Assembly (NCBI GenBank): GCA_038870975.1
Contig: JAVZJD010000002.1
Location: 416,001-480,000 of the forward strand
DNA from: Candidatus Bathyarchaeia archaeon
GTDB lineage: Archaea > Thermoproteota > CALKCG01 > B24
DNA length: 64,000 nt
Direction of reading: 5' to 3'
The first letter of the stretch is position 1. Each line of letters begins with the position of its first letter. The notes under the pieces are model-generated. The model worked only from the letters and a program-made list of their open reading frames with translations. It ran no database searches and was not told the origin of the DNA. Made by a program: the position numbers and the translations under genes. This document shows, one piece after another, positions 1 to 10,664 of the stretch.

Positions 1-2
1 CC

Positions 3-392
3 GTAATCCTATACGCTTTAAACGTAATATCCGATTCTATCACAGTCGTCGCATTCATATCGGCTTGTGTGGTGAGCATAGCGTCTATAGCTGCAATATA
101 CAGGTTCTACCCAGAGTTTTCAAGCTACGGTATTGCTTCTGTGGTGGGCCTAGCCCTCGGTAGTGGAGTTATAGGTGTAGGAGTTTGGGGTTTCAGCCAG
201 TTTCTAATCCTACCCTCGGGTGAAATGAATCTACCAGTTCAAGCCGCTTTAATATGGTTTGTTTGGACGTTTATCACGGAAATACCATTCCTAACGACAA
301 TAGTTCCACCAGTTCTAAGAGTGTTCTTTAAAGCATATCCAAGTCTCAACCCCTCCAGAAAGAAGGAGAAGGAAGTCCTAGAAAAAGTATGA
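3..392 (+). CDS. C-terminal part of an integral membrane protein (5'-truncated by window edge)
   Basis: The frame of ORF 69..392 is open back to base 3 (VILYALNVISDSITVVAFISAC...); several hydrophobic segments. Confidence 0.65.
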   Translation, partial: VILYALNVISDSITVVAFISACVVSIASIAAIYRFYPEFSSYGIASVVGLALGSGVIGVGVWGFSQFLILPSGEMNLPVQAALIWFVWTFITEIPFLTTIVPPVLRVFFKAYPSLNPSRKKEKEVLEKV

Positions 393-466
393 TTTTCCCA
401 ATGCTTATCTACTTTTGGAAAAAAGAAACAATTCCATTAGACTATACAACATACTCTGATGATTAA

Positions 467-910
467 TCATTTTTCCAGGAGATTTAGAAAGTCTTTAAAG
501 GAAATTCTTTTTATTCCGATTTTATCGTAAGCTTCATCGTTTGAAACCATTGATAACTTATTGTTTAATGCTACAGAAGCATGTAAAGCATCAAAGAATG
601 TCAAGTTTATGTGTTGTGCTATTATTTCTTCGCATAGAGTTAGGTCGTCTGAAGATAGGCTTAACTCCCGGAGATTTGACGTAATTGCTTTCGCTTTTAT
701 ATATATCAAGGCGTTTAGTCTTTCAACGGCGCTTTTCCCATGGCTCGCCATAACTTCACGGATCTCAATCAACGCTGAAACCGGATAGTAGACGGGGAAG
801 GGTTTAGTCGCCATATAGGCCTTCAATATCTTGGAAACTATACCGTAATGTTTATCTTTAGGCTGGAAGCCAAAGAGGAACTCTGTCTCAACCATGAAAT
901 GCTCGTTCAC
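467..910 (-). CDS. vapC: PIN-domain (VapC-type) toxin
   Basis: 147 aa with PIN acidic motifs VETEFL, ALIEI, FFDALHASVA, SNDEAYD; abuts upstream antitoxin. Confidence 0.85.
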   Translation of the reverse strand: MNEHFMVETEFLFGFQPKDKHYGIVSKILKAYMATKPFPVYYPVSALIEIREVMASHGKSAVERLNALIYIKAKAITSNLRELSLSSDDLTLCEEIIAQHINLTFFDALHASVALNNKLSMVSNDEAYDKIGIKRISFKDFLNLLEK

Positions 911-1147
911 TTAAGAAACCTCTTTCAAAAGTTGTTTTTCAGCCTTTTCCCGCTCCTCTCTACTGTAGATTATGTCGCCGATAAGTTCGGAGAGAGCTTT
1001 ATCAACATCATCTGGAATTGGAATTAAAACAATGTATGGAGGCCTAGCCAACAAGTAAACCTTCTGCCCAACTCTCAAGGGAGTCTTCTTACGCACACTC
1101 TGAGTAATAGTTACACGGTACTTAGGACCAACTTCAACAACAGACAT
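911..1147 (-). CDS. AbrB/MazE/SpoVT-family antitoxin
   Basis: N-terminal VEVGPKYRVTITQSVRKKTPLRVGQKV AbrB signature; directly upstream of PIN gene. Confidence 0.85.
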   Translation of the reverse strand: MSVVEVGPKYRVTITQSVRKKTPLRVGQKVYLLARPPYIVLIPIPDDVDKALSELIGDIIYSREEREKAEKQLLKEVS

Positions 1148-1442
1148 GGTATCACCCCATTTTATGGAGATACTATAGTATAAGTGTTACTTTTTAAAAA
1201 TAAGTGCTACAAATTTCTAAAATGTTACACCTTTAACTTGAGAATATCGATAGCGAAGTTGTTTGAAGATTGATTCTATTAAATGTTAACAGGTGGCTCA
1301 GGGGTACAGTAGATGCACCAGAAAAATTGCTGAAGAAGCTAAAGAAGTTGAAAGATTAGCTAAACAGCCAGCCATTAGGCTTAAACGCTTGAAGCCTATG
1401 GCCAGAACCGTAGGTAAATCGTCGAAGAATATTAGGGAAAGT

Positions 1443-2084
1443 CTAACGCCTTACCTGCTGAAATTTCCTAACCTTAACCCCTGACTTGGCTAGAAGCTTT
1501 TTAGACAATTCATCGCTATATTCATGCTCATAGACAACTTCAGCTATCTCAGCGTTGATGATCATCTTAGCACATATAGAGCATGGAAAATGCGTACAAT
1601 ACAGCACGGCACCTTTAGTACTAACGCCGAAAACAGCAGCCTGGATGATGCAATTTTCCTCAGCGTGAAGACCATTACAGATTTCATGTCTCTCGCCTTC
1701 TGGGACTTTGAGCTTCTCTCTTAGGCACTCTGTTTCACTACAGTGTGGTAGCCCTTTGGGAGCACCGTTGTAGCCTGTGCTGATAACTCGTCTATCTTTT
1801 ACTAGGACAGCTCCAACTTTCTTCCTGAGGCATGTAGACCTCTTGGCCACGAGTCTAGCCATCTCCATGAAGTACTCGTCCCAACTGGGTCTGGTGAGTT
1901 CAATCCTTCTACGCTTCATAATCCTGTAGACTGTGGGCTGGGACAATTTAATCCAACCGCGTTTAGAGGCCTCTTCACTATACCGTTTGACGACTTCAAA
2001 GCTACTACCACACTCTTCAATCAACTTATATAGGAAGCTTCTAGCGTCCTCTGGAAGCTTGTCGACGACCCTAGCCCTGCCCAT
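1443..2084 (-). CDS. dCMP deaminase (ComEB-like) with N-terminal ~60-aa HTH-like extension
   Basis: [25 protein letters not shown] and PCSIC motifs; extra N-terminal helical domain. Confidence 0.9.
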   Translation of the reverse strand: MGRARVVDKLPEDARSFLYKLIEECGSSFEVVKRYSEEASKRGWIKLSQPTVYRIMKRRRIELTRPSWDEYFMEMARLVAKRSTCLRKKVGAVLVKDRRVISTGYNGAPKGLPHCSETECLREKLKVPEGERHEICNGLHAEENCIIQAAVFGVSTKGAVLYCTHFPCSICAKMIINAEIAEVVYEHEYSDELSKKLLAKSGVKVRKFQQVRR

Positions 2085-2384
2085 ACAAGTTAATTAGACC
2101 AATTCTAAATTTAAGTCTTTCCATTTCAATAAATGTTAAAGTTTACGGCCGCTAAATTATTATTAAGCATATTTTAGGCTAATTTTTGGACAAGTAGCTT
2201 AGGATTTGCAGGGTTGAGGCTTGGATATATTTTGAAAAGCGTATTTTGAGCCGATGGAATTATTGTTGTTAGGGAAGCTTGCCAAAGCAAAGATTAAAGT
2301 TGGAAGATTCAGTTTAGAATGTGAGATTTAACTGTAGAACCAGTTTATCTACAATGTTAAGTTTTATAAAACTCTTCAGAGTAT

Positions 2385-3569
2385 TTGCCCCCTATTGCTC
2401 CCAGTGTAGACGCAGGTGGAGTGTTGAAAGATAAGAGGTTTACTAGGATATTTACTGTACTTTTCTCAATATCTCTGATACTGGGTGTTGTTGGAGCAGC
2501 CAACTCCATCTTCCTACCGTTGTTGATGAAAGAAGAAGAGTTAAGCTATGGTTTGATTGGTGTTGTTGGAGCGTTAACCGGTCTTGGCGGTGGTCTAGCT
2601 CAACTTCTAGCTGGTGTTGTGAGCGATAGGGGGTTGAACAAGAGACTTCTTATACTATCTTCAACAGTCTTCTTGTCGCTGGCGTTTCTCGCGTCTTACA
2701 TTGCGAGTGGTCTTCCAACCTATGTGCTGGTGAGCCTCTCTGTGGGACTCAGCACCCCTATAATAGTTACAATGTCTCTAGCGATAATATCTGAAGCTAC
2801 TTCGAGTAGAGCCATGGGTAGGGTTATGGGTATGTATAGGATAAGTAGGTCCATCGGATGGACTGTTGGAAACCTCATGTTCGGAGTTTTAGCGGACATT
2901 TACGGCTCTAGGACGATACTACTATATTCCTTCGGCTTTTCTCTGGCGACTGTATTAGCGTCTTTCACCGTTTCAAACGGGGGTGGATTTCAACGGACTG
3001 TGAAGAGGAGAGGAGGAGCATCCTACGAGTTGGTTTTATTCTTGGTGTCGCTTGGAATAATGGATATGGTAGCTAGCGCAGATAATAGATTTATACCACT
3101 ACTGGCGGTCGATAAGAATCTCTCTAAGAGCGCAATAGGCTCTATAACTGCTTTAGGCTCTTTGGTTGAAATACCATTCATGCTTCTCTCAGGCTTTTTA
3201 ACAGATAGATTCGACGATAGGATAATTATGGCTATTGGAGCTGCAGGCTTTGCACTAGCCTACTTCCGGTTTACAACTGCTCAAGTTTTAACAGACTTCG
3301 CTGTCGCACAAGCTTTAAGGGGGATATCCTTTGCCCTTTACTTCGCAGCCAGTCTAGCTCTAATAGGTCGTTTGAGTAGAGGCTCTGCTACAGTCACGGG
3401 CTACTATGGATTTGCCCAGCAGGTTGGCGTAGTTGTAGGACCTATCGTAGCCGGTTTTATCGCTGGTTACATGGGTCTTGCGGAGACCTTTACAATGCTT
3501 TCACTATTCTCTTTAATCGGTATAATTCCATTGATACCTATACGTTTGAAAAAACATGGAGAAGAATGA
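2385..3569 (+). CDS. MFS transporter (true start may be a few codons downstream)
   Basis: About 12 hydrophobic helices; motif A-like GVVSDRG and GFLTDRF in both halves. Confidence 0.9.
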   Translation: MPPIAPSVDAGGVLKDKRFTRIFTVLFSISLILGVVGAANSIFLPLLMKEEELSYGLIGVVGALTGLGGGLAQLLAGVVSDRGLNKRLLILSSTVFLSLAFLASYIASGLPTYVLVSLSVGLSTPIIVTMSLAIISEATSSRAMGRVMGMYRISRSIGWTVGNLMFGVLADIYGSRTILLYSFGFSLATVLASFTVSNGGGFQRTVKRRGGASYELVLFLVSLGIMDMVASADNRFIPLLAVDKNLSKSAIGSITALGSLVEIPFMLLSGFLTDRFDDRIIMAIGAAGFALAYFRFTTAQVLTDFAVAQALRGISFALYFAASLALIGRLSRGSATVTGYYGFAQQVGVVVGPIVAGFIAGYMGLAETFTMLSLFSLIGIIPLIPIRLKKHGEE

Positions 3570-3618
3570 GGAGGATTTATAAATTCTAAGGTTCCTTCTT
3601 CTTTTAGGAGTTGAGAAC

Positions 3619-4707
3619 ATGTTGGACGATTGGAGCTTAAACGTTTTGAAAGAGCTTTTCGAAGCCTTCGGACCCGCAGGCTTTGAAAGAGAAGCCGCTC
3701 AGAAGGTTAAACGGTATGTAGAGCCGTATGCTGATGAAATCCTCACGGATAAACTCGGCTCTGTTATATTTGTTAAAAAGGGCTCTTCTGAGAGGCCTAG
3801 AGTGCTTCTTGCTGGGCATATAGACGAGGTTGGCTTCGTAGTATCCGGTATAGATGACCCTGGCTATGTGGCTTTCAATCCGTTGGGAGGCTGGTTCGAC
3901 CAGGTTTTACTTTCCCAGAGAGTTGTTATAAGGACTAGCAAGGGGGATGTATACGGCGTTATTGCGGCAAAGCCTCCACACTTGCTTACACCTGAAGAAG
4001 CTAAGAAGGTTGTTGAAAAGACGAGTATGTTCATCGACGTTGGGGCTACAAGCCGTAAGGAGGCTGAGGATATGGGGATTAAAATAGGAGACCCAATAGT
4101 GCCTTATTCACCCTTCATGCTCATTAGGAATGGTAGAATTGCTACTGGCAAGGCGTTTGACGACCGGCTTGGGGCCTTCATAGCTATGGATGTTGTTAGA
4201 AGGCTTAAGATCGATGGGATTCAACATCCAAACACGGTTTTCGGTGCGGCTACAGTCCAAGAGGAGGTTGGACTTAGAGGCGCTGGAACAGTGGCTCACG
4301 TGGTTGACCCAGATGTAGCAGTTGTCTTAGAAGTTGATATTGCCGGTGATGTCCCCGGTATTAAGCCTACTGAGGCGCCGGCAAAAATGGGTAAAGGTCC
4401 TTCGATAGTAACTTACGATGCCACTATGATTCCAAACCAGCCTCTTAAAGAGTTTACGATAAAAGTGGCTGAAGAAGCTAAAATACCATATCAGCTAAGC
4501 CAAGTAGCTAGAGGGGGTACTGATGCTGGTAGAATACATATTTCAAGGGCTGGATGCCCGAGTATAGTGATAGGCGTACCTACGAGACACATACATACCC
4601 ACGTTGGAATGTTCTGCCTTGAAGACCTTGAGAATGCTGTGAAACTCGTTTTAGAGATGGTTAAGAGACTGGATTATAAGACTGTGGAGAGCTTTACAGC
4701 CTTATAA
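3619..4707 (+). CDS. M42-family metallopeptidase (TET/FrvX-type aminopeptidase)
   Basis: GHIDEVG, KAFDDRLG, VQEEVGLRGA, GGTDAG, RHIH motifs. Confidence 0.95.
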   Translation: MLDDWSLNVLKELFEAFGPAGFEREAAQKVKRYVEPYADEILTDKLGSVIFVKKGSSERPRVLLAGHIDEVGFVVSGIDDPGYVAFNPLGGWFDQVLLSQRVVIRTSKGDVYGVIAAKPPHLLTPEEAKKVVEKTSMFIDVGATSRKEAEDMGIKIGDPIVPYSPFMLIRNGRIATGKAFDDRLGAFIAMDVVRRLKIDGIQHPNTVFGAATVQEEVGLRGAGTVAHVVDPDVAVVLEVDIAGDVPGIKPTEAPAKMGKGPSIVTYDATMIPNQPLKEFTIKVAEEAKIPYQLSQVARGGTDAGRIHISRAGCPSIVIGVPTRHIHTHVGMFCLEDLENAVKLVLEMVKRLDYKTVESFTAL

Positions 4708-4727
4708 AGGCTTAAGCCCCGCTATTT

Positions 4728-5633
4728 TTATTCTTCCACCCTGTATAGCTTGAGTTTTAAATCCTCCCTCGACTCTACGAGGAGGAAGTCTCTGTAAGAT
4801 CTATCGATTAGAATCGCTTTGTTTTCGCGGATGCTTTGAACTGTTTTAGCCATGCGTCTCCTGTAAGCATCTAAAGCTGGTTCTTCAATAGTGAGTAGAG
4901 CTACTCTAGCCTCTCTACCGTTTCTAGGGTTTTGTAGGAGCGCTATGCGGTTTTCTAGATATTTAGCATACAGTATTTCTGACACTACAGCCACGTGGGT
5001 TATTTGAGACTCTCTAGTCCATGTAGGCTGAGCTTGAGGAAGTTCGGCTGGAGCGGGGTAGACTGTTAAACTTTCAACCGTGAAGATTTCACGGAGTTTC
5101 TTAGGGCTGGCTTTTAAACCTTGGAAGTTCTCGGCTAGAGTGAAGAATCCATTCGTTTCTTCTGAAAGCCTTTTAAGTGTATTTGTGAAAGCGTCTTCAC
5201 CGACGGCCACCGTGTGGATTTTCACAGATTGTTCAGCTGCTTTACGTGCAATCGTCACAAGCTCTTGTTCGATTTCCACTTTGCCTTCAAAACTTACAGA
5301 TCTATCCAGGGTTAGATTGGCACGTCCATCTGAAAGTAGTAGGACTTCACCGCTTTCTCCGGTAAGCTGAATAGACTTCTCCACGCCTGCGGCTAGACGG
5401 CTTACACCTCTAGGTTTGAGTTTTTCCAGCAGCCCTCTAAGCTCTACTAATGTATAAAGTTTCGGCTCCAGTAGGACTTCAGGCTCAGAGTCGAATATTA
5501 CAAGCCCTATGGGTGTCTTGGCTTCTAACGGCCTGACTGCCTCAATGGCTATGTCTACGGCTTGTCTTAGCTTCTGTGGAGACCCATATCCCATGCTTTC
5601 GCTTACGTCTAAACAGACGACGAGCTTCCCCAA
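4728..5633 (-). CDS. vWA-domain protein with unknown C-terminal domain
   Basis: MIDAS motif DVSESM; LLSDGRAN; IHTVAVG. Confidence 0.85.
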   Translation of the reverse strand: MGKLVVCLDVSESMGYGSPQKLRQAVDIAIEAVRPLEAKTPIGLVIFDSEPEVLLEPKLYTLVELRGLLEKLKPRGVSRLAAGVEKSIQLTGESGEVLLLSDGRANLTLDRSVSFEGKVEIEQELVTIARKAAEQSVKIHTVAVGEDAFTNTLKRLSEETNGFFTLAENFQGLKASPKKLREIFTVESLTVYPAPAELPQAQPTWTRESQITHVAVVSEILYAKYLENRIALLQNPRNGREARVALLTIEEPALDAYRRRMAKTVQSIRENKAILIDRSYRDFLLVESREDLKLKLYRVEE

Positions 5634-5654
5634 GTCTTCACCATTGCTTACGGT

Positions 5655-6575
5655 TTAAAATTCGATGAGCTTGTACTGTGTGCTTCCGAGCCCTGCTTTC
5701 TCAGCTACTATGACTTGAGTATACGGGTCTACTCCGTGTATACGGAGAAACTTATTCTCTCCTGGTTTAAGCCCATAGGTGTCTGCGACCGAGCCTGGTA
5801 TTGGCGGAGCTTGATTTATCAAGTCTAAACCAGCTTTATCTATAGCTACTATGTCCTTGGAGGCGGCTATCCCTATGTCTGGCACTAGTGGTATCATGCC
5901 GAATGGTGCACAGTCGCAGTGTTCTACAACGTCCATTATCCAGAGTACATGTAACACTTTACCCTTCTTATTCGATAGGACTGCTTTAACTACATCAGCC
6001 ATTGCCTCGTGGAATGCTACTACACCACCCTCCCTCTCTTTAGAGTGTTCAGCCCCCCTCATCCTCCCCGTCACACCGCCTAGGGCTAGGTTTTTAATGG
6101 CTCCTCCATATCCCGCACCGCCATGACCCTTTGCGTGTGCAAAGTTTATCAGAGCATCTGCATCATATATGTTTCCTGCGACTTCAACCTCGCTTAGACG
6201 GTAGTACTTGTCTAGTTTAACCACTCTATAGTCGTTTTCTTTAATGCCGTTGGCTGGTAGTACTGGTGCTCCAACCGTTGCATGGCTTATACCATCGTAG
6301 TAAGCGTCGTTGAGATGGTTTAAACCCCAAGTGTCTGTTATGAAAGGCCTACCTCCAAGACTTTTAACTACATCTACAACTGCGCGGATAAACTGTGGAC
6401 GGATACTTCTATATCCTCCGATTACTCCGAAGTGGATTTTAATAGCAACTATATCTCCGTCTTTAACCACGGTTTTAATACCCGATTTCTCTAAAAGCTC
6501 GGGGATTTTAACTACGAGGCTTTCCGACCTATCATACCTGGGTCTAACTGCTTTAACCAAATACACTTCACTCAT
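5655..6575 (-). CDS. DUF362-family Fe-S protein
   Basis: VAIKIHFG, HAKGHG..YGGAIKNL, HCDC, DIGIAASKDIVAID motifs. Confidence 0.85.
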   Translation of the reverse strand: MSEVYLVKAVRPRYDRSESLVVKIPELLEKSGIKTVVKDGDIVAIKIHFGVIGGYRSIRPQFIRAVVDVVKSLGGRPFITDTWGLNHLNDAYYDGISHATVGAPVLPANGIKENDYRVVKLDKYYRLSEVEVAGNIYDADALINFAHAKGHGGAGYGGAIKNLALGGVTGRMRGAEHSKEREGGVVAFHEAMADVVKAVLSNKKGKVLHVLWIMDVVEHCDCAPFGMIPLVPDIGIAASKDIVAIDKAGLDLINQAPPIPGSVADTYGLKPGENKFLRIHGVDPYTQVIVAEKAGLGSTQYKLIEF

Positions 6576-6702
6576 CGGCTACCCTCCAAATTGGAAAGCA
6601 ACAGTAAACATTATACTTCTCCCATATTTGTGTTGCGGATAGACCTCTGTAGGAAGTGGATAGAACCCTTAAAATACGCGTGAAATTTACCCGCTAGATA
6701 TG

Positions 6703-7038
6703 TTACATGTCTTTCCGGTAGTATTTCCTCATGTAGTAGTCTGGCTCTTTGAAGGAGCCGAAGCTTCTAACGCCTTTCTCTTTAAGTTGCTTCCTAAGCG
6801 TATCCGCGTAGTCTTTAGTTATCTCTCCCTTACGTTCTAAGTAGTCTATCACCTCAAGCGCCTGCTCTTCTGTTTTACAGCGTCTAAGGTATGATACCGC
6901 ATCTGGCATTTTAAGCTCGTCGAAGTTCTCCGCATCGTATGTTCTAACCCCTTCGATATTAACCGTTTGAACTTTACCCCCTATTTCCCTTGCCAAGTTT
7001 GGAAACTTCTTCTTAAACTCCTCCCAGCTCATCTCCAT
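6703..7038 (-). CDS. DUF2095-family archaeal protein
   Basis: EFKKKFPNLAREI, YLRRCKTEEQALEVIDYLERKGEI, GVRSFG pattern. Confidence 0.8.
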   Translation of the reverse strand: MEMSWEEFKKKFPNLAREIGGKVQTVNIEGVRTYDAENFDELKMPDAVSYLRRCKTEEQALEVIDYLERKGEITKDYADTLRKQLKEKGVRSFGSFKEPDYYMRKYYRKDM

Positions 7039-7163
7039 ACTTCTCTACCTACTACTTCAGACTTCTAGGATTTAAGAGTTGCAGGTTGAAATCAGCTTAT
7101 TGAGAGGACTGGTAGAAGCAAATATAACCTAGAGGCTACATTATCATATTGGAGGACTGAATT

Positions 7164-8741
7164 TTGCCCAGGCTTTTAGAGCGCAATATGATTGTTAAAG
7201 ATTGGAGGAAGGTTTCAGTCAAAATCGCACTCGTCTACCCCGGGGGATATAGAGCCGGGATGACTGGTTTAACTGTTCAACTCCTATACCACTTATTCAA
7301 CCTTAGAAGTGACAGTTTATGTGAGAGGGTCTTCATAGATGGGTCTAAACCTCCACGTAGCGTTGAATCAGGAAGGACTCTTGAAAGCTTCGACATTATA
7401 GCGGCTACAATTCCATATGAGGAGGGTTATGTTGAGCTTCTCAAGGGGCTTTTAGACTCCGGGATACCTCTACACCGTTGTGATAGAGGCGATAAACATC
7501 CCATTGTGTTAGCCGGGGGGATTGTTCCAACATCAAATCCGACGGTTCTCGAAGATTTTGTAGATGCTTTCGTTATCGGTGACGCAGAGCCTATCGTAGA
7601 CGAGCTTATCGAAGCCCACTTAGAGCAACGTAGTAAGCAAGGTAGGCTCGAGGTTTTAAGCAGTATGAAAGGCTTTTATGTACCAGGTTATTCTGAGGGT
7701 TATGTTGATAGGGTTTATGCATTAAAACTCGATGATAGCCTCCATCCGACTGCTCAAGTAGTTCCCATAGTTGATGAGAAAGACCCGCTTTGTCCGGTTT
7801 TCGGTTTAACCTTAAACATAGAGGCGACTCGGGGGTGTTGGAGGTTATGCCGTTTTTGTTTGGCGAGTTGGGTGAATACACCTGTGAGGCATAGAGATTT
7901 CAAGAGTATGGTAGGTTTGATCGATGAAGGGTTGCGTAGGACTGGTGTTGGTAAGGTTTCACTCTTAGGCGCTGGGATATCGGATAATGAGTGGCTTAAG
8001 GATGTCTGTGCGTATTTAGTCTCTAAGGGTGTTGAGTTTTCAACGCCTTCGATTAGAATGGATTTAGTTGATGAAGAGCTTATGAAGCTTATAGTTGAAG
8101 GTGGACAGAGGACTCTAACATTGGCTCCCGAGTCTGCTTCAGAGTACGTTAGAAGACTCATAGGTAAGCCTATGGCTGAGGACCGTATTATGGAGGTTGC
8201 TGAAAACGCTTTTAAAAGCGGGTTTAAAAGACTTAAGCTCTACTTTATGCTCGGTCTGCCGGGTGAAGACTCTAATTGTTTAAAGGGTATTGGGAGGATG
8301 GCTGAAGCGTGTGCAAGGCTGGGGTTTGGCGAAATCCACATATCCATCAATCCTCTTATACCCAAGCCTCAGACACCTTTCCAGTGGCTACCCTTAGCCT
8401 CCAGAAGGTATTTGGAAGAGGCTTTTAAAATCGTCAAGTCTAGTATGCCTGAGGCTAAGATTCGAATTGAAATGCTAAACCCAGCTGAAGCTGAACTCCA
8501 GGCTTTATTCTCCCTTGGAGATAGGTCTGTCGGTAGAGTTGCCGAATACATGGCTCTACACGATAGGATGAGTGTGAGGGAAGCTTCTAGAGCGGTTGGA
8601 GTGGATTTTGAAAAAATCGTTTACACTGCTAAAGACTGCGATAGCCCTCTACCCTGGAGTATGGTACGCTCAACGGACCTTAAAGCTCTTAGAGAGCAGT
8701 ACTATGCGTTTGAGAGGGAGTTAGAGCATCAACTCCGATAG
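7164..8741 (+). CDS. Radical SAM protein (B12-binding-domain type, YgiQ/TIGR03960-like)
   Basis: CxxxCxxC motif TRGCWRLCRFC; LTLAPES; LKLYFMLGLPGE; PKPQTPFQW. Confidence 0.9.
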   Translation: MPRLLERNMIVKDWRKVSVKIALVYPGGYRAGMTGLTVQLLYHLFNLRSDSLCERVFIDGSKPPRSVESGRTLESFDIIAATIPYEEGYVELLKGLLDSGIPLHRCDRGDKHPIVLAGGIVPTSNPTVLEDFVDAFVIGDAEPIVDELIEAHLEQRSKQGRLEVLSSMKGFYVPGYSEGYVDRVYALKLDDSLHPTAQVVPIVDEKDPLCPVFGLTLNIEATRGCWRLCRFCLASWVNTPVRHRDFKSMVGLIDEGLRRTGVGKVSLLGAGISDNEWLKDVCAYLVSKGVEFSTPSIRMDLVDEELMKLIVEGGQRTLTLAPESASEYVRRLIGKPMAEDRIMEVAENAFKSGFKRLKLYFMLGLPGEDSNCLKGIGRMAEACARLGFGEIHISINPLIPKPQTPFQWLPLASRRYLEEAFKIVKSSMPEAKIRIEMLNPAEAELQALFSLGDRSVGRVAEYMALHDRMSVREASRAVGVDFEKIVYTAKDCDSPLPWSMVRSTDLKALREQYYAFERELEHQLR

Positions 8742-10664
8742 GTTTTTCACGCGTCTCACGGAGCCAGGAGGCCCAAGCCTTACGTAGAGCTCTTCAGCCC
8801 ATGTGTATGTTTCAGGTCTAGGTCCTAGGAATACTATGTGGGTTGGCCATAGTAGGCCTGCTACGTATGGTAGGTCTGTGTATCTTAGGCAGTTTAACAT
8901 TTCTATGACTGGTCCGGAGCCGTCCGGGTTTGAAGCTACGTTTTGAGACTGTGGAGGATTGTTCAACACCACTGTGTATACGTCTTTTGCGAGTAATGCT
9001 GCGTAGAGCGCGGGTACGGACATTTCACCACTACCCATAATCCCTATCCGTTTGGAGTCTATCCAGCTTATGGATTTTAGCGCTTCAATAGCTCTGAGTA
9101 CGTCGTAGACTCTCATGCTCGCTATCGTCCTCCCGGTTAATGGGGCTGCTCTACGTATAAGCCACTGCAGGTCTTGAGCCCAGGAGGTTTCACCTACTCC
9201 TCTTACTTCTAGGAATGCTCTAGCCCATGAAGTGCTAAGTCCACTAACCGATGGCTCTTCGACCCAGTGGAAGTTTAGGGTTTTAGCAGACCTATTCAAC
9301 ACTAATAGTATTGGCGTAGGCTCAGGGGCTTTTGAGTGTTTTATGATTTGCATATGTAATCTCCAGTCTTCTTCGGATGTGAAGCTTATTAGGTATCCGA
9401 GCCAATTTCCGTCCTCTTGTTTAAGGTCTATCTTAAAGTTTAAATTGCAGGGTTTACGTGGGAATGCTGAAAACGTCTTCTCCATAAGTATTTGAATGAG
9501 CCGTTCTCTATAATTCTCAAGTTCTCTGGCGTTATTAATCTCTGGTGGTTTAGCGGTTTTTATAAACCAGTTTTGAACAATCGTTACTTTCTCGTCTTCT
9601 GGTATTCTATTGAAAACTCTTAACGTTTCAATTGTCTCCTGAGATGTAGGAGATTCATCTATATCTCCGACTTCTAAAGGAGTTTCAACACCTTTTAGGT
9701 GTTTAAGGAACCATTGGAATACCGCCATCCTAGATTTTTCCGTATAACCATGTCCACCCGGCGTTTCAACGAGCGTTATGTTTTCTGGTTTCTGGAGAAT
9801 CTCATAGAGTTTTTTGAGTTTACGGTATACAAGCCTCACTGACTCTATATCGAAAATCCAGTCTCCTTCTGTCGAAGCTATGAGTAGTGGTCTTGGGGCT
9901 ATTAAAGCCCCAACGTCCGTTAAATCCCACATGTAGTTGTTTATCCAGAACATACAGTCGCAGTGCCCTTCTAACGTACGCTTACAGACGTGGGATTCTA
10001 TTGTTGCAGTTCCACATACTGGGGCTACTGCCTTAATCCTAGTGTCTACGGCTGCTGTAAACCAGCTCATAGCACCGCCGCCAGATATACCCGTGACGCC
10101 TATGTTATCTGGGTCTACTTCAGGTTTAGACTGTAGTATGTCTACCGCTTTCACAGCGTTCCAGACTTCTACACCTGCGGGCGTATAGCCTAAGCTGTAC
10201 CAGTTGAACCATCCGTAGTGGTATGTACCGTGGTGGTGACCACGTATCTCACCCTTCTGAATTGTTTCAATTATCATTGTTACGAAGCCTAATTGTACGA
10301 ATTTCCTCGCATGTGCTTGGTAGGCATGTTTCTGGTTGAAGGAATGCCCACATAAGTATAAGATTGCTGGTGCTGGCTTATCTAGGTCTTCAGGTATGTA
10401 TAGGTTTCCCGTGACGTAAAGCCCTGGGAGGCTTTGGTAGTAGAGCTTTTCAATCCTATACTCGTTCCTCTGGATTACGCCCGTTATAATGGGTGTGACT
10501 GGTTCATGCTTCCTATTGAAGTATTCTGATAAGCCTAGCATATCTATAAAGAGCCTACGCCTCTCAAATTCTGTTTCAAACCAGTATTCTCTACTTTTCA
10601 AATCGCTTAGAGAGCGTTCAGTTATCTTCCTAGCCTCTCTACACAAATACTCGAAAATATTCAT
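8721..10664 (-). CDS. Two-domain alpha/beta hydrolase (acetyl-xylan-esterase / prolyl oligopeptidase-like)
   Basis: Nucleophile elbow GVTGISGGG; ALIAPRPLL; degenerate second hydrolase domain. Confidence 0.8.
   Translation of the reverse strand: MNIFEYLCREARKITERSLSDLKSREYWFETEFERRRLFIDMLGLSEYFNRKHEPVTPIITGVIQRNEYRIEKLYYQSLPGLYVTGNLYIPEDLDKPAPAILYLCGHSFNQKHAYQAHARKFVQLGFVTMIIETIQKGEIRGHHHGTYHYGWFNWYSLGYTPAGVEVWNAVKAVDILQSKPEVDPDNIGVTGISGGGAMSWFTAAVDTRIKAVAPVCGTATIESHVCKRTLEGHCDCMFWINNYMWDLTDVGALIAPRPLLIASTEGDWIFDIESVRLVYRKLKKLYEILQKPENITLVETPGGHGYTEKSRMAVFQWFLKHLKGVETPLEVGDIDESPTSQETIETLRVFNRIPEDEKVTIVQNWFIKTAKPPEINNARELENYRERLIQILMEKTFSAFPRKPCNLNFKIDLKQEDGNWLGYLISFTSEEDWRLHMQIIKHSKAPEPTPILLVLNRSAKTLNFHWVEEPSVSGLSTSWARAFLEVRGVGETSWAQDLQWLIRRAAPLTGRTIASMRVYDVLRAIEALKSISWIDSKRIGIMGSGEMSVPALYAALLAKDVYTVVLNNPPQSQNVASNPDGSGPVIEMLNCLRYTDLPYVAGLLWPTHIVFLGPRPETYTWAEELYVRLGPPGSVRRVKNLSELML

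Noticed and set aside
1293-1484. 63-aa ORF overlapping the deaminase 3' end
   Set aside because: No recognisable motif; possibly a remnant, not supportable.
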